Source: Flavobacteriales bacterium (lineage in GTDB: Bacteria > Bacteroidota > Bacteroidia > Flavobacteriales_G > Salibacteraceae). Taken from it: a DNA stretch of 64,000 nt. Positions 8,879 to 18,935 of the stretch are shown one piece after another. The stretch spans positions 34,695-98,694 of the forward strand of contig DNTB01000096.1 of NCBI GenBank assembly GCA_003499525.1. The letters are read 5' to 3'. Each line of letters begins with the position of its first letter. Positions within the stretch are counted from its first letter, which is position 1. The position numbers were made by a program, and so were the translations under genes. The notes below the pieces were generated by a model, which was not told the origin of the DNA, made no database searches, and was given only the letters and a program-made list of their open reading frames with translations.

Positions 8879-9604
8879 ATGTACGCATTGTTGCTCAAGG
8901 AACTTTCCGAATTTCTTTCATCCCTTACTGGGTATATTGCCGTAGTGATTTTCCTCATCATTACCTCACTTTTTCTGTGGGTATTTCCAGGTAATCTTAA
9001 CATTTTGGATGGTGGATATGCAACTTTGGAACCATTATTCACTATCGCTCCGTGGGTTTTTCTTTTTTTAATTCCGGCCTTGAATATGAAGAGTTTCTCA
9101 GAAGAATGGCGAAATGGCACTTTAGAATTAATTTATACCAAACCTGTTACTGAATGGCAAATTGTTTTGGCCAAATACATCGCCAACAACCTGGTCACGA
9201 TCATTGCGCTGTTTCCCACTCTTGTTTACTACTACTCTATTCGGAGGTTGAGCCTTGATCCGGGTCTTGATGAGGGAGCGACCTGGGGCTCTTACATCGG
9301 AATTGTTTTTCTCGCTCTCGTTTTTAATGCAATTAGTCTCTTTGCCTCGAGTCTTTCAAGGAATCAAATCGTTTCTTTCGTTATCGGCTTATTCATCTCC
9401 TTTTTTCTATTCGTAGGATTTGAGCAGATAAGCAGTTTTTCATTGCTTGGCTCATTTGATTATATCTTCATTCAGTTGGGAATTAATTCCCACTACGTTT
9501 CCATTAGCCGGGGAGTTATCGACTCAAGGGATTTGATCTACTTCCTGTCGCTGGTTGGGGCATTTCTAATATTCACCCGATATAGATTGGAGGTGATCAA
9601 ATGA
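8879..9604 (+). CDS. gldF: Gliding-motility-associated ABC transporter permease GldF
   Basis: About 240-aa polytopic permease. It shows the GldF-typical stretches LTGYIAVVIFL, APWVFLFLIPALNMKSFSEEWRNGTLEL and SISRGVIDSRDLIYF, and is followed by gldG with a 4-nt overlap. Confidence 0.85.
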   Translation: MYALLLKELSEFLSSLTGYIAVVIFLIITSLFLWVFPGNLNILDGGYATLEPLFTIAPWVFLFLIPALNMKSFSEEWRNGTLELIYTKPVTEWQIVLAKYIANNLVTIIALFPTLVYYYSIRRLSLDPGLDEGATWGSYIGIVFLALVFNAISLFASSLSRNQIVSFVIGLFISFFLFVGFEQISSFSLLGSFDYIFIQLGINSHYVSISRGVIDSRDLIYFLSLVGAFLIFTRYRLEVIK

Positions 9605-11298
9605 AAAACAGGGGGCTTTCCAAAAAATTGAATTCACTCTTTGGCATTGGATTGCTCATTATTATCCTTTTGCTCATCAATGTTGGGGGGAGATTCTACT
9701 TTTTCAGACTTGATCTCACAAGCGACCATCGGTATTCGCTGCACCCCGCAACACAGAAGCAATTAGAAGAACTCAAAGACATAGCCTTTTTCAGAGTCTA
9801 TCTGGATGGAGATTTACCGGCCGGTTTCCAACGCTTGAGAAACTCGATCATGGAAACCTTGCAGGAAATGACGGTTTATGGAGGTGATAACATTCAGTTC
9901 GAACTAATAAATCCGACAGAAAGTGGCGATTCTGATAAGATTCAGGATATATACCGTGAGCTTTCCGAACAAGGTTTGAAGTACACTAACCTATATGCTA
10001 CTGAAGGAGAAGTAAATACAGAGCAGATTATTTTTCCAGGGGCTATATTATCATACAATGAACGAGAATATCCCATTCAGTTTCTGCGTTCAAATATTGG
10101 GTCTACTCCTGAGGAAATGTTAAACAATTCTATTCAACAAATCGAGTTTGAGCTATCGAGCGCAATACGTAAAGCCACAAACAGGGTAAAATCACCTATA
10201 GCCGTTGTGATTGGTGAAGGCTATACCCAACCAATCTATTTGCAATCATTACTAAAATCTTTGCTCGAATTTTATGAAGTAGATACCATTTCTATTAATG
10301 GAAAAGTAGATGCTCTGGACAACTATGACGCCGTTATTATTCCCGGCCCAAACAGGCCAATACCATCAAAAGACAAATATCTTTTGGACCAATTCATTAT
10401 GCACGGTGGAAAGACGCTGTGGTTTGTAGACGGTGTTGAAGTTCGCAAAGACTCTCTGTTCGCCCTCGGAACGACATTGTCATTAGCCAATGAGGCAGAC
10501 CTGACTGATATGCTTTTCAAATATGGAGTACGGGTGAATAGTGATCTGATCATGGATTTACAAGCTCTACCCATCCCTGTAGTAACAGGAATGATGGGGG
10601 ACCAACCCCGTCAGGATATGTTCCCATGGTTTTATTACCCGCTGCAATTTTCGCCTGACAATCATCCCATAAACCAGGATTTGGATGCTGTAGCAACCCA
10701 ATTCGTAAGTAGTTTGGATACATTAAAAAACGACATCTCAAAGACTCCCCTGTTGATGACTTCGGAGAAAAGTAAGCTTGTAAACGCTCCCACAAGGGTT
10801 TCGCTGAATATACTTCGTTTCCCTCCGGACGAACGTCAATACTCCAAAGGCAGAATTATCAATGGAGTGCTTCTTGAAGGTGAGTTCCAATCGGCGTTTA
10901 AGAATAGAATTTCGCCGGAGATATCCGAGAATCCCATCTTCAAATACAAAGAAAAAAGTGCCCCTAACAAGATGATCGTATTCTCCAGTTCGAGTTTGGT
11001 GAAGAATGAAGTAGATACACTACGTCAGAAATATTTTGACCTCGGATATTACAAATACACAAGAACCGTCTATGCGAACAAGGAATTAGTCATGAATGCT
11101 GTGAATTACCTGATGGATGATTCAGGATTAATCAACGCTCGATCGAAGAAATTTAAAATAAGGCTTTTAGACCGTCCAGAAATTACCAGAAATCGACGTA
11201 CACTGCAGGCTATGAATACTTTTATTCCTGTGGTGCTCATTTCGTTACTTGCGTTGATAGCGGCATTGCTACGAAGAAATAGATATAGGATACAATGA
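9601..11298 (+). CDS. gldG: Gliding-associated ABC transporter substrate-binding component GldG
   Basis: 565 aa with N- and C-terminal TM anchors. Size and position immediately after gldF match the gldFG pair of Flavobacterium johnsoniae. Confidence 0.85.
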   Translation: MKNRGLSKKLNSLFGIGLLIIILLLINVGGRFYFFRLDLTSDHRYSLHPATQKQLEELKDIAFFRVYLDGDLPAGFQRLRNSIMETLQEMTVYGGDNIQFELINPTESGDSDKIQDIYRELSEQGLKYTNLYATEGEVNTEQIIFPGAILSYNEREYPIQFLRSNIGSTPEEMLNNSIQQIEFELSSAIRKATNRVKSPIAVVIGEGYTQPIYLQSLLKSLLEFYEVDTISINGKVDALDNYDAVIIPGPNRPIPSKDKYLLDQFIMHGGKTLWFVDGVEVRKDSLFALGTTLSLANEADLTDMLFKYGVRVNSDLIMDLQALPIPVVTGMMGDQPRQDMFPWFYYPLQFSPDNHPINQDLDAVATQFVSSLDTLKNDISKTPLLMTSEKSKLVNAPTRVSLNILRFPPDERQYSKGRIINGVLLEGEFQSAFKNRISPEISENPIFKYKEKSAPNKMIVFSSSSLVKNEVDTLRQKYFDLGYYKYTRTVYANKELVMNAVNYLMDDSGLINARSKKFKIRLLDRPEITRNRRTLQAMNTFIPVVLISLLALIAALLRRNRYRIQ

Positions 11299-12299
11299 AA
11301 AAATATAGAAACTACGTTTTAATTCTTATAATGGCCACTCTGGCGGTCATCATCTACACCACTCTTGATGGGCCCCAAAACAGTACCTTGTATAACGCAG
11401 CCGCTGATTTTTCCATAGAAGATACGGCATCGATCGACAGAATTTTCATTGCAGATCGAAATGGAAAAACAATCGATGTAAAAAGGACAGAACATACATG
11501 GATGGTCAACGATCAATATGAGGCCAGAGAGTATTTCATTAAACTTCTATTGACCACCATTCATGACATGACCGTTAAAGCACCAGTATCAAAATCCCGA
11601 TATAACAACGTAATTAAGTTTTTAGCAACAACGGGCAAGAAGGTTGAAATCTATCAAGGTGGAAATAAACCAAGCAAAGTCTTCTATGTTGGAACGCCAA
11701 ATCAGAACCATACGGGTACCTACATGATCCTCGAAGATTCAGACCGCCCCTACCTCGTTCATATTGAAGGTTTTAGAGGATTTCTCACTCCGCGGTTCTC
11801 AGTGCTCGAAAGCGATTGGAAATCCAACGTAATATTCAAGCATAAATACGATCAAATTAGTGAAATTAAAGTTGAACAGCCTGAAAGTCCGTCTAAAGGA
11901 TTTATGATAAAAAAAAAGGACGGAAAATTCCTGTTATACTCCTCTGAAGGAAAAGAAAAAAAAGGGTGGGATGAACTCAAATTGAATCAATATGTAAAGC
12001 TCTTCGAAGAGCTTAATTTTGAGTCCTGGAAAGATTCTAAAGAACAGACTTTTGTAGATTCTATCAAGAATGAAACCCCGCTCGAAATATATTCAGTTAC
12101 CGACATCAATGGGGCCAAAACCAGCATCCGGACATATCGTAAGTTCGATCTGGATCCAAGGTATGTAGACCCTGAGGCGGTTGAGGACATTGACCGAATG
12201 TACGGCATATTTAACGAAGAATATCTTGTGGTCGTTCAGTACTATTCTTTTGATCCTTTCAATCAGGAAATCGACTATTTTTTTGAAACCCCGAATTAG
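11295..12299 (+). CDS. DUF4340-like membrane-anchored protein, third gene of the gldFG operon
   Basis: 4-nt overlap with gldG, an N-terminal TM segment (YVLILIMATLAVIIYTTL), 334 aa. The DUF4340 assignment comes from my memory of typical gldG neighbours, not from a search. Confidence 0.6.
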   Translation: MKKYRNYVLILIMATLAVIIYTTLDGPQNSTLYNAAADFSIEDTASIDRIFIADRNGKTIDVKRTEHTWMVNDQYEAREYFIKLLLTTIHDMTVKAPVSKSRYNNVIKFLATTGKKVEIYQGGNKPSKVFYVGTPNQNHTGTYMILEDSDRPYLVHIEGFRGFLTPRFSVLESDWKSNVIFKHKYDQISEIKVEQPESPSKGFMIKKKDGKFLLYSSEGKEKKGWDELKLNQYVKLFEELNFESWKDSKEQTFVDSIKNETPLEIYSVTDINGAKTSIRTYRKFDLDPRYVDPEAVEDIDRMYGIFNEEYLVVVQYYSFDPFNQEIDYFFETPN

Positions 12300-12363
12300 T
12301 TATTGTGTTAATAATTTGTTCGCAAGTCGAGGTTGTGCTTGAAAGTAAATTGGTGGTGTCGGC

Positions 12364-12371
12364 TACCTTTG
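12364..12371 (+). promoter_or_regulatory. Bacteroidetes-type -7 promoter box for dnaN
   Basis: TACCTTTG matches TAnnTTTG and sits 22 nt upstream of ATG 12394. A TTG at 12339-12341 could be the -33 element. Confidence 0.45.
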
Positions 12372-12393
12372 TCGGTATTCAAAAAATTAGCAC

Positions 12394-13515
12394 ATGAAAT
12401 TTATTGTTTCAAGCTCTTCTTTACTCGGAAATTTACAGAAAATCAGCGGCGTCCTGAACGCAAACAACACCCTACCCATATTGGATAATTTCCTTTTTCA
12501 AATCAAGGAAAACGAACTCACTGCATCAGCTAGCGATCTGGAATCGACTATGATTACTTCTATCAATCTGGACAAATCAGAAAGCGATGGTCTGGTAGCC
12601 GTTCCCGCCAAATTACTTATCGACATACTCAAAACCTTTCCTGAGCAGCCATTGAGTTTTACCATCGATGATAAAAACTTTGGAATCGAAATATCATCAG
12701 ATACCGGTAAATACAAACTCAGCGGGTTCGACGGTGAGGAGTTTCCTAAACTACCAGAAATAAAAGGGGCTGCAAAGTTTGAAATTGAAGCCGGGAATAT
12801 CTTCAATGCTATTAGCAAGAGCCTATTTGCCAGCGGAAATGACGAACTTAGACCGGTTATGTCAGGGGTTCTATTCGAGTTGAACAATGACGATGTGACC
12901 TTTGTAGCAACCGATGCCCACAAATTGGTTCGGTATCGTCGCACTGATGTAAAAACATCTTCAGGAGGCTCTTTCATCATGCCTAAGAAACCATTGCAAT
13001 TGCTAAAAACTCTGAGTTCAGGCTCTAATGATAATGTCGAGGTAGAATATAGTGAGGTAAATGCGTCATTTAGAATTGATGATGTTCACCTTATTTGCCG
13101 CCTCATCGACGGAACATACCCCAATTATGAAGCTGTTATTCCGAAAGAAAACAACAGCACACTGACCATTGATCGTGTTTCATTTCTTACTTCTATTCGA
13201 AGAGTTTCCATCTTTTCAAATAAAACCACCTATCAGGTAAGGTTGAAGATAGCTGGAAGCGAGCTGAATATATCCGCAGAGGATCCCGACTTTTCAAATG
13301 AAGCGACCGAAAGACTTACATGCCACTACGAGGGTGACGATATTGTTATCGGTTTCAACTCCAGATTCCTTATTGAAATGCTCAATAATCTGGACAGTCA
13401 GAACGTAATGCTCAAACTGTCAGAACCGAATCGTGCAGGACTACTAATGCCTGAAAATCAAGAAGATGGAGAGGATGTGTTGATGCTGGTAATGCCAGTG
13501 ATGCTCAATTACTGA
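12394..13515 (+). CDS. dnaN: DNA polymerase III beta subunit (sliding clamp)
   Basis: 373 aa. N-terminus MKFIVSSSSLLGNLQKISGVLNANNTLPILDNFLF and the three-domain length are typical of DnaN. Confidence 0.95.
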   Translation: MKFIVSSSSLLGNLQKISGVLNANNTLPILDNFLFQIKENELTASASDLESTMITSINLDKSESDGLVAVPAKLLIDILKTFPEQPLSFTIDDKNFGIEISSDTGKYKLSGFDGEEFPKLPEIKGAAKFEIEAGNIFNAISKSLFASGNDELRPVMSGVLFELNNDDVTFVATDAHKLVRYRRTDVKTSSGGSFIMPKKPLQLLKTLSSGSNDNVEVEYSEVNASFRIDDVHLICRLIDGTYPNYEAVIPKENNSTLTIDRVSFLTSIRRVSIFSNKTTYQVRLKIAGSELNISAEDPDFSNEATERLTCHYEGDDIVIGFNSRFLIEMLNNLDSQNVMLKLSEPNRAGLLMPENQEDGEDVLMLVMPVMLNY

Positions 13516-14192
13516 TCATCTTTAGGCCGATAGTGGTATTCAATCTTTATTGAACCACCCTCGGCTGCATGGACCTTTTCTTGCTTTTCTTCTTCCTCCT
13601 CCCAGGAGTATTTCTTTTTGGTGGGACCTTCTTTTCTAAAATACCATGCAATAGTAATTCCGGCAAAGGCTCCTAATAAGTGAGATTCCCAAGATATGCT
13701 GTCAATCCAAGGGAGCACTCCCCACACCATAGAACCATACAAGAAGACGATGAGCAATGAAATACCTATGAGGTTCATGTGCCATTTGAACAATCCACTA
13801 AAGAACAAAAAGGACGCCCAACAATAGATTAGTCCGCTTGCCCCAATGTGATAGGATGACCTTCCTCCTACCCATACCCAAAGTCCGGTGAAAACGAGGG
13901 AGTAAAGAAATATTTGCAAACTGACTTTACGATAAAAATAGGATATGCCCAATCCGAGGAAAATAACGGGATAGGTATTGTTCAGCAGATGCTCCCAATC
14001 TCCGTGTAAGAATGGAGAAAACAGTATTCCTTTTAACCCTGACAGTTTTCTCGGTAAAATACCGAAGGTTCCAAAATCCGAGTTCGTCGACCATTCAATG
14101 ATGAATACCAACCACATCACAACGACCAATCCTAATGGAATAAACCAGGGACGATAAAAACCTTTATGAACAGCAGTACCCTCCTTATTCAT
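13509..14192 (-). CDS. Rhomboid family intramembrane serine protease
   Basis: Multi-TM protein with WEHLLNN (the HxxxN of TM2), GASGLIY (catalytic GxSG) and a later SHLLGAFAG histidine. Confidence 0.85.
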   Translation of the reverse strand: MNKEGTAVHKGFYRPWFIPLGLVVVMWLVFIIEWSTNSDFGTFGILPRKLSGLKGILFSPFLHGDWEHLLNNTYPVIFLGLGISYFYRKVSLQIFLYSLVFTGLWVWVGGRSSYHIGASGLIYCWASFLFFSGLFKWHMNLIGISLLIVFLYGSMVWGVLPWIDSISWESHLLGAFAGITIAWYFRKEGPTKKKYSWEEEEEKQEKVHAAEGGSIKIEYHYRPKDDQ

Positions 14193-14284
14193 GGGCCTAA
14201 AATACGCTGATAATTCTCAGAGGTTTGAAATAAAAAAACAGACAACATCATCAAAATAATTTACTTTGTGGCCATCATTAAATT

Positions 14285-14782
14285 ATGAAGAAACTGTATC
14301 TGGTGCGGCATGCGAAGTCTTCCTGGAAAGACTCAAGTTTGGAAGATATTGACAGGCCTCTGAATAATCGCGGTAAGAAAGCCGCCCCAATGATTGGGCA
14401 GAAATTGAAAGCAAGAAATGTTCAACCGCAAATAGTCTTTGCCAGTTCCTCAAAAAGGACCACTAAAACTGCCAAAATACTAATTGAAAAACTAGGCCTT
14501 GGAACTGATAAGCTTCATCTGGAAGAAGATCTTTATCTGTCCTCCCCAAAAAAAATGATACGGTTTATTCAGACTCTTGACAACAATCATGATGAAGTGA
14601 TGATCGTTGGTCATAACCCGGGTATAACGCTAACGGTAAACCTACTGGCCGGTGAGCATATTGAAAATATTCCGACCGCAGGCGCTGCATGTGTTTTATT
14701 CGACATTGAAGATTGGAAAAATGTCTCCAATAATGGAAAACTCGGCTTCTACATCTATCCTAAAATGTTCCGCTTAGGCTGA
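14285..14782 (+). CDS. Histidine phosphatase superfamily protein (SixA-like phosphohistidine phosphatase)
   Basis: LYLVRHAKSSW (RH catalytic motif at the N-terminus), GHNPG near the C-terminus, 165 aa. Confidence 0.8.
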   Translation: MKKLYLVRHAKSSWKDSSLEDIDRPLNNRGKKAAPMIGQKLKARNVQPQIVFASSSKRTTKTAKILIEKLGLGTDKLHLEEDLYLSSPKKMIRFIQTLDNNHDEVMIVGHNPGITLTVNLLAGEHIENIPTAGAACVLFDIEDWKNVSNNGKLGFYIYPKMFRLG

Positions 14783-14784
14783 TT

Positions 14785-15585
14785 ATGAGCATTTTCTGGA
14801 GCGGTTACTTGCGTAAAATGACCACCACAATAGGAAATCCAATTCAGTACTTTACGGATTCCGAAAAGCACTATCTCCTAAATAATATCATCGGAAAAGA
14901 AGTAGTACTTACACACACTTCAAATAAAGAATGTATCGTCTGTGGTAAGTCTATCAAAAAGACTTACGGGCAGGGTTTCTGCTATCCGTGTTTTCAAAAT
15001 GCACCTGAAAACTCTGAATGCATTATAAAACCGGAACTATGTGAAGGGCACCTTGGTAAAGGACGTGATCCCGAATGGGAACAAAAGCACCATAATCAAC
15101 CTCATGTAGTATACGTTGCCCAAACTGAAGGGGTAAAGGTTGGGGTGACCCGAAAAGATCAGGTTCCAACAAGATGGATCGACCAGGGAGCCTCACGGGC
15201 AAGGGTACTTGCAGAATTTCCATATAGACAACTCGCAGGGAAAATGGAAATTGCATTAAAATCGAACTGGAGTGACCGAACCAATTGGCGCAAAATGCTA
15301 ACCAACCAACCTCCTGAACGAGGTTTTTCAGAACTCTACCAAAAGATTAAATCAGAAGCACAAAATCATTTTAACGAATATTTGGTATCTGAAAATAATG
15401 CACTTGAGTTGAACTATCCGGTTGAAATCTACCCTAAAAGAATTAGAAGTATCAGTTTTGACAAGACCCCATACATTCGTCAGAAATTAGCCGGTATCAG
15501 GGGTCAGTATTTGATTTTCGAATCGGGAAACGTCCTGAACATCCGCAAATTCTCAGGTTACGAAATAACCATTGAAATAGGCTGA
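14785..15585 (+). CDS. Conserved zinc-ribbon protein, DUF2797-like
   Basis: CIVCGKSIKKTYGQGFCYPCF Cys cluster followed by KVGVTRKDQVPTRWIDQGA. This matches my recollection of the DUF2797 family; it has not been verified by a search. Confidence 0.6.
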   Translation: MSIFWSGYLRKMTTTIGNPIQYFTDSEKHYLLNNIIGKEVVLTHTSNKECIVCGKSIKKTYGQGFCYPCFQNAPENSECIIKPELCEGHLGKGRDPEWEQKHHNQPHVVYVAQTEGVKVGVTRKDQVPTRWIDQGASRARVLAEFPYRQLAGKMEIALKSNWSDRTNWRKMLTNQPPERGFSELYQKIKSEAQNHFNEYLVSENNALELNYPVEIYPKRIRSISFDKTPYIRQKLAGIRGQYLIFESGNVLNIRKFSGYEITIEIG

Positions 15586-15629
15586 TTTTGCCACTTTAAA
15601 AGTTGAATTCAGAATTTGATTACACTAAT

Positions 15630-15637
15630 GTAGATTT
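15630..15637 (+). promoter_or_regulatory. Possible -7 box (TAGATTTG) only 8 nt upstream of the BatA-like start codon
   Basis: Exact TAnnTTTG match. The spacing would imply a leaderless or near-leaderless mRNA, so confidence is low. Confidence 0.3.
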
Positions 15638-15645
15638 GTGACCGA

Positions 15646-17691
15646 ATGGCTTTTTACTATCCAGGTTTTCTATTCGCATTTGCTGCTCTCTCCATCCCTA
15701 TAATTATTCATCTTTTCAGCCTGAGAAGACATGAACGTCTGTATTTTACCAATACGCGACTCCTTGAAAAGGTGGATACCAAAACCAAAACACAAAATAG
15801 AATAAAACATCTTCTTATTCTACTGAGCAGACTTCTGTTCCTTTCATTTCTAATACTCGCTTTTGCACAGCCTTATTTGAAAGTCCAGGATGAATTATTG
15901 GCTTCAGGTTCAACTACGGGAATTGTATTGGACAATTCTTTTAGCATGTCCGCTGAGAGTAGCGAAGGTATCTTAATCGACGAAAGCCGGGAAAAGGCAT
16001 TGGCTACAGTAAATTCTTTTCCGAGTGCGCAATCATTTTTGATTTCATCAAATGAAAGAGAGATCAGTTCAGGAAACTCAATGAGCAAAAAAGAGACCCT
16101 TTTTAGAATTTCTTCCTCAGATTTAACTTCCAACACCGAACAAATTAATGTGCTGATTAACAGACAAATAAACGTATTCAGGGAGAAGGAAATTGACAAA
16201 GCCAGCATATTCGTCTTCTCTGATTTCCAAAAGAGTACGACTAAGCTCGCTCAGATAGATATGACGTCCTCTTCACTAATATTTGTTAGAACAACTCCCG
16301 AATTAGTTTCAAACATATCAATGGATTCAGTTTGGTTAGTTAAGCCCGCTGTTAGACCTGGAGAGGAAATTACGCTGCGCTACCGAATTACTAGCTATGA
16401 AGATGACGTACTAACCAATATCGGATTGACTTTTATCCTGAATGATGAGATTAAAATGCGCAAAGGAATCACCATCAATCCCGGGCAAAGTGTGGATAGC
16501 TCGCTGACGTTCACGCTTGCTGAGCCGGGTTTCTACAAAGGCGAAATGCACATTGATGATGGCACTATTGCATTTGATGACTCTTACTTCTTCTCTCTGA
16601 GTCTGAAGGACGGTATCCATGTCGCTGAAATCACTGACGACTCGAAGAACAACTTCATTTCTAAGGCATTTAGCACAGAACCCTATTTTCGGTTTATAAA
16701 ATACTCTAACCAGAGTATCGATGTGGATAACCTCGGGAAAAATCAACTCATAATTCTAACCAATCTAAAGAACATTTCCAGCGGCCTCAGCTCCATTCTT
16801 GAAAGCTACATAGCCTCAGGAGGAAATGTGATCATTTTTCCGAATCAAAAATCGTTGGACGACCTCAACGGCTTTCTAAACCGCCTTTCCAGTATTTCTT
16901 TGGGGAAAACAAACCGTGATTCGACCCTGATCAATCAACTCGCCTCCTCAGATCAGGTTTTCGACAAGGTATTTGAAGGAACTCTGGAAAACGCTGATTT
17001 CCCGATTTCCTTGAAAAGATTTGATATTGTTGAGCGCGGTCTGTCCAGAATGCAATGGTTGCTCCGCAACGAAGCGGGTAACGATATTTTCGTAAAGTTT
17101 CCTTACGGAACAGGAAACATATTTCTCGCTTCATTTCCCCTCGACGAAAAATGGAATACGCTGCCAAGACATGGGCTATTTGTTCCACTAATTTTCCAAA
17201 TAGCATATCAACAATCTTTGAAAGAGCCTACCGGTTATGCCTTAAATAATATTACCATGATGCCCGTCAAAAAGAACTGGGTATCAGAGGATATTCCTTT
17301 GCATCTCATCAACGAAATGCTGAATGTTGATGTCATCCCTGAAGTGACAACCATAGATCAAAAAAAATATATCCGCATTCCCGAAAGCATTAATAGAGCA
17401 GGAATATACAGAATTGAACGTCAAGGCGAGATCGTTGGACAAATAGCCCTGAATTACGATCGGTTAGAATCAGATCCAGCGGTCCTTTCGAACGAAGAAA
17501 TCTTGCTTAGATTGGATAGCCTGGGAATTAAAAATATCGAAATCATCACAGATAAGACGTCAGATATAGAACAAAGCATTGAATCTCTGCGAAGCGGTAT
17601 TCCATTGTGGAAGTATTGTTTGATTTTTGCTCTGATTTTTTTGGCAGCTGAAGTCCTCTTAATAAGATTTGTAAATCCCAAAGGCATATGA
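15646..17691 (+). CDS. BatA-like membrane protein with an N-terminal double-transmembrane domain
   Basis: MAFYYPGFLFAFAALSIPIIIHLFSLRR plus a second TM (LLILLSRLLFLSFLILAFAQP) fits the aerotolerance-type N-terminal double-TM signature. There is also a C-terminal TM, 681 aa. Confidence 0.75.
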   Translation: MAFYYPGFLFAFAALSIPIIIHLFSLRRHERLYFTNTRLLEKVDTKTKTQNRIKHLLILLSRLLFLSFLILAFAQPYLKVQDELLASGSTTGIVLDNSFSMSAESSEGILIDESREKALATVNSFPSAQSFLISSNEREISSGNSMSKKETLFRISSSDLTSNTEQINVLINRQINVFREKEIDKASIFVFSDFQKSTTKLAQIDMTSSSLIFVRTTPELVSNISMDSVWLVKPAVRPGEEITLRYRITSYEDDVLTNIGLTFILNDEIKMRKGITINPGQSVDSSLTFTLAEPGFYKGEMHIDDGTIAFDDSYFFSLSLKDGIHVAEITDDSKNNFISKAFSTEPYFRFIKYSNQSIDVDNLGKNQLIILTNLKNISSGLSSILESYIASGGNVIIFPNQKSLDDLNGFLNRLSSISLGKTNRDSTLINQLASSDQVFDKVFEGTLENADFPISLKRFDIVERGLSRMQWLLRNEAGNDIFVKFPYGTGNIFLASFPLDEKWNTLPRHGLFVPLIFQIAYQQSLKEPTGYALNNITMMPVKKNWVSEDIPLHLINEMLNVDVIPEVTTIDQKKYIRIPESINRAGIYRIERQGEIVGQIALNYDRLESDPAVLSNEEILLRLDSLGIKNIEIITDKTSDIEQSIESLRSGIPLWKYCLIFALIFLAAEVLLIRFVNPKGI

Positions 17692-18935
17692 AAACTCTTG
17701 TTCGCCAAGCTAAAATCATAGATCCTAATAGTAGGAGAAATGGTGAATTAGCTGATATTCTGTTTGAGAACAATCAAATTGTTAGTATTGGACAAGACTT
17801 GACCGATGACAGCGCAGAAATTATCGAGGGTGAAGACCTGAGAATATCACCAGGATGGGTGGATATCCATGCACAATTCAACGATCCCGGCTATGAATTC
17901 AAAGAAGACCTTAAATCCGGTGCGGCCGCAGCGTCAAAAGGGGGATTTTGTACAGTGGCCGTTTCACCCGAAACCTTACCGGTAATTGATTCAAAAGCTG
18001 ACGTAGAATACATCAATAAGAAAAGCCTCGGTTTGGGGGTAAAAATTGTTCCCATTGGAGCAGCGACTCCTAAATTGAAAGGAGTAGATTTCACTGAAAT
18101 GTTCGATATGTATTCTTCTGGCGCCACCTGCTTTTCGAACGGTCAAAAGTCCTTTTCAGATGCAGAGCTAACCAGGCGTATCTTGCTTTATGCCAAGCAA
18201 TTTGGTGGAAAAGTAATGGAAGTGGCAAATGATGAAAGCCTGAGTAATGGCGCGATGATCCACGAAGGAGAAGTTAGCACAAAGCTTGGTCTGAAAGGGG
18301 TTCCTTCGCTCGCAGAGGAATTGATTGTGTTCAGAGATATTGCCGTAGCACAATACTGCGATGCCCCAATACATTTTCATAAAATTTCGACAGAAAAATC
18401 GGTTGAACTCATCCGAAATGCTAAAGAACAAGGCATCAAGGTAAGCTGCGATGTGGCCCTGTCAAACCTTATTTGGACGGAAAAGGAACTACTGAGTTTT
18501 GATACAAATTTTAAAGTAACTCCACCGTTGAGAACCGAGGATGACCGATCGGCACTTATAACTTCTTTGAACGACGGAACCATAGATTTTCTGGTTACTG
18601 GTCATATGCCTCAAAACATTGAAGAGAAGGAATGCGAGTTTGAATATGCGGGCTACGGGCAATCCATAATAGAGTATGCTTACCCTTTGTATCTAAAGTA
18701 CTTATCCAACTCATTATCAGAAGAAAAATGGGTAGAAAAAATTGCCCTATCTCCTGCTAAGTTTATTGGAATAGAACCTACTACAATTGAGGAAAATGAA
18801 ACGGGTTCTTTCACCATTTTTACTCACGCTAATTCAACTTCGTCGAATCATAAAAACATGGTTTCCCGGTCAAAAAATTTCCCTGAAATACAAGGTGAAT
18901 TTCAGGGTAAGATCATGCAAATCATCACAGAATAG
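17688..18935 (+). CDS. Dihydroorotase-like amidohydrolase, apparently non-catalytic (metal/catalytic ligands substituted)
   Basis: Overall PyrC-like (PGWVDIH.., IHFHKISTEKSVELIRNAKEQGIKVSCDV). However, the HxH is HAQ (17868-17876), and the TDHAPH motif reads TGHMPQ, with Gly at 18600-18602 replacing the Asp. ATGA overlap with the upstream gene. Confidence 0.8.
   Translation: MKTLVRQAKIIDPNSRRNGELADILFENNQIVSIGQDLTDDSAEIIEGEDLRISPGWVDIHAQFNDPGYEFKEDLKSGAAAASKGGFCTVAVSPETLPVIDSKADVEYINKKSLGLGVKIVPIGAATPKLKGVDFTEMFDMYSSGATCFSNGQKSFSDAELTRRILLYAKQFGGKVMEVANDESLSNGAMIHEGEVSTKLGLKGVPSLAEELIVFRDIAVAQYCDAPIHFHKISTEKSVELIRNAKEQGIKVSCDVALSNLIWTEKELLSFDTNFKVTPPLRTEDDRSALITSLNDGTIDFLVTGHMPQNIEEKECEFEYAGYGQSIIEYAYPLYLKYLSNSLSEEKWVEKIALSPAKFIGIEPTTIEENETGSFTIFTHANSTSSNHKNMVSRSKNFPEIQGEFQGKIMQIITE

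Noticed and set aside
8827-9120. 97-aa minus-strand ORF overlapping the gldF start region
   Set aside because: It is antisense to gldF, whose sequence is strongly family-typical, and it would run through the gldF promoter box.
11909-11963. A9 and A8 homopolymer tracts inside the DUF4340-like gene as possible phase-variation slippage sites
   Set aside because: They encode Lys runs (IKKKD, EKKG) in frame. They sit in a housekeeping-type operon with no evidence of frameshifted copies, and A-rich Lys codons are expected at this GC content.
13509-14192. Idea that the rhomboid protease is a rhombosortase processing the PID-tail mini-proteins
   Set aside because: The mini-protein tails are not GlyGly-CTERM-like in detail. 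The gene is 7 kb away with unrelated genes in between, and rhomboids next to housekeeping genes are common. I mention this only as a caveat in the finding.
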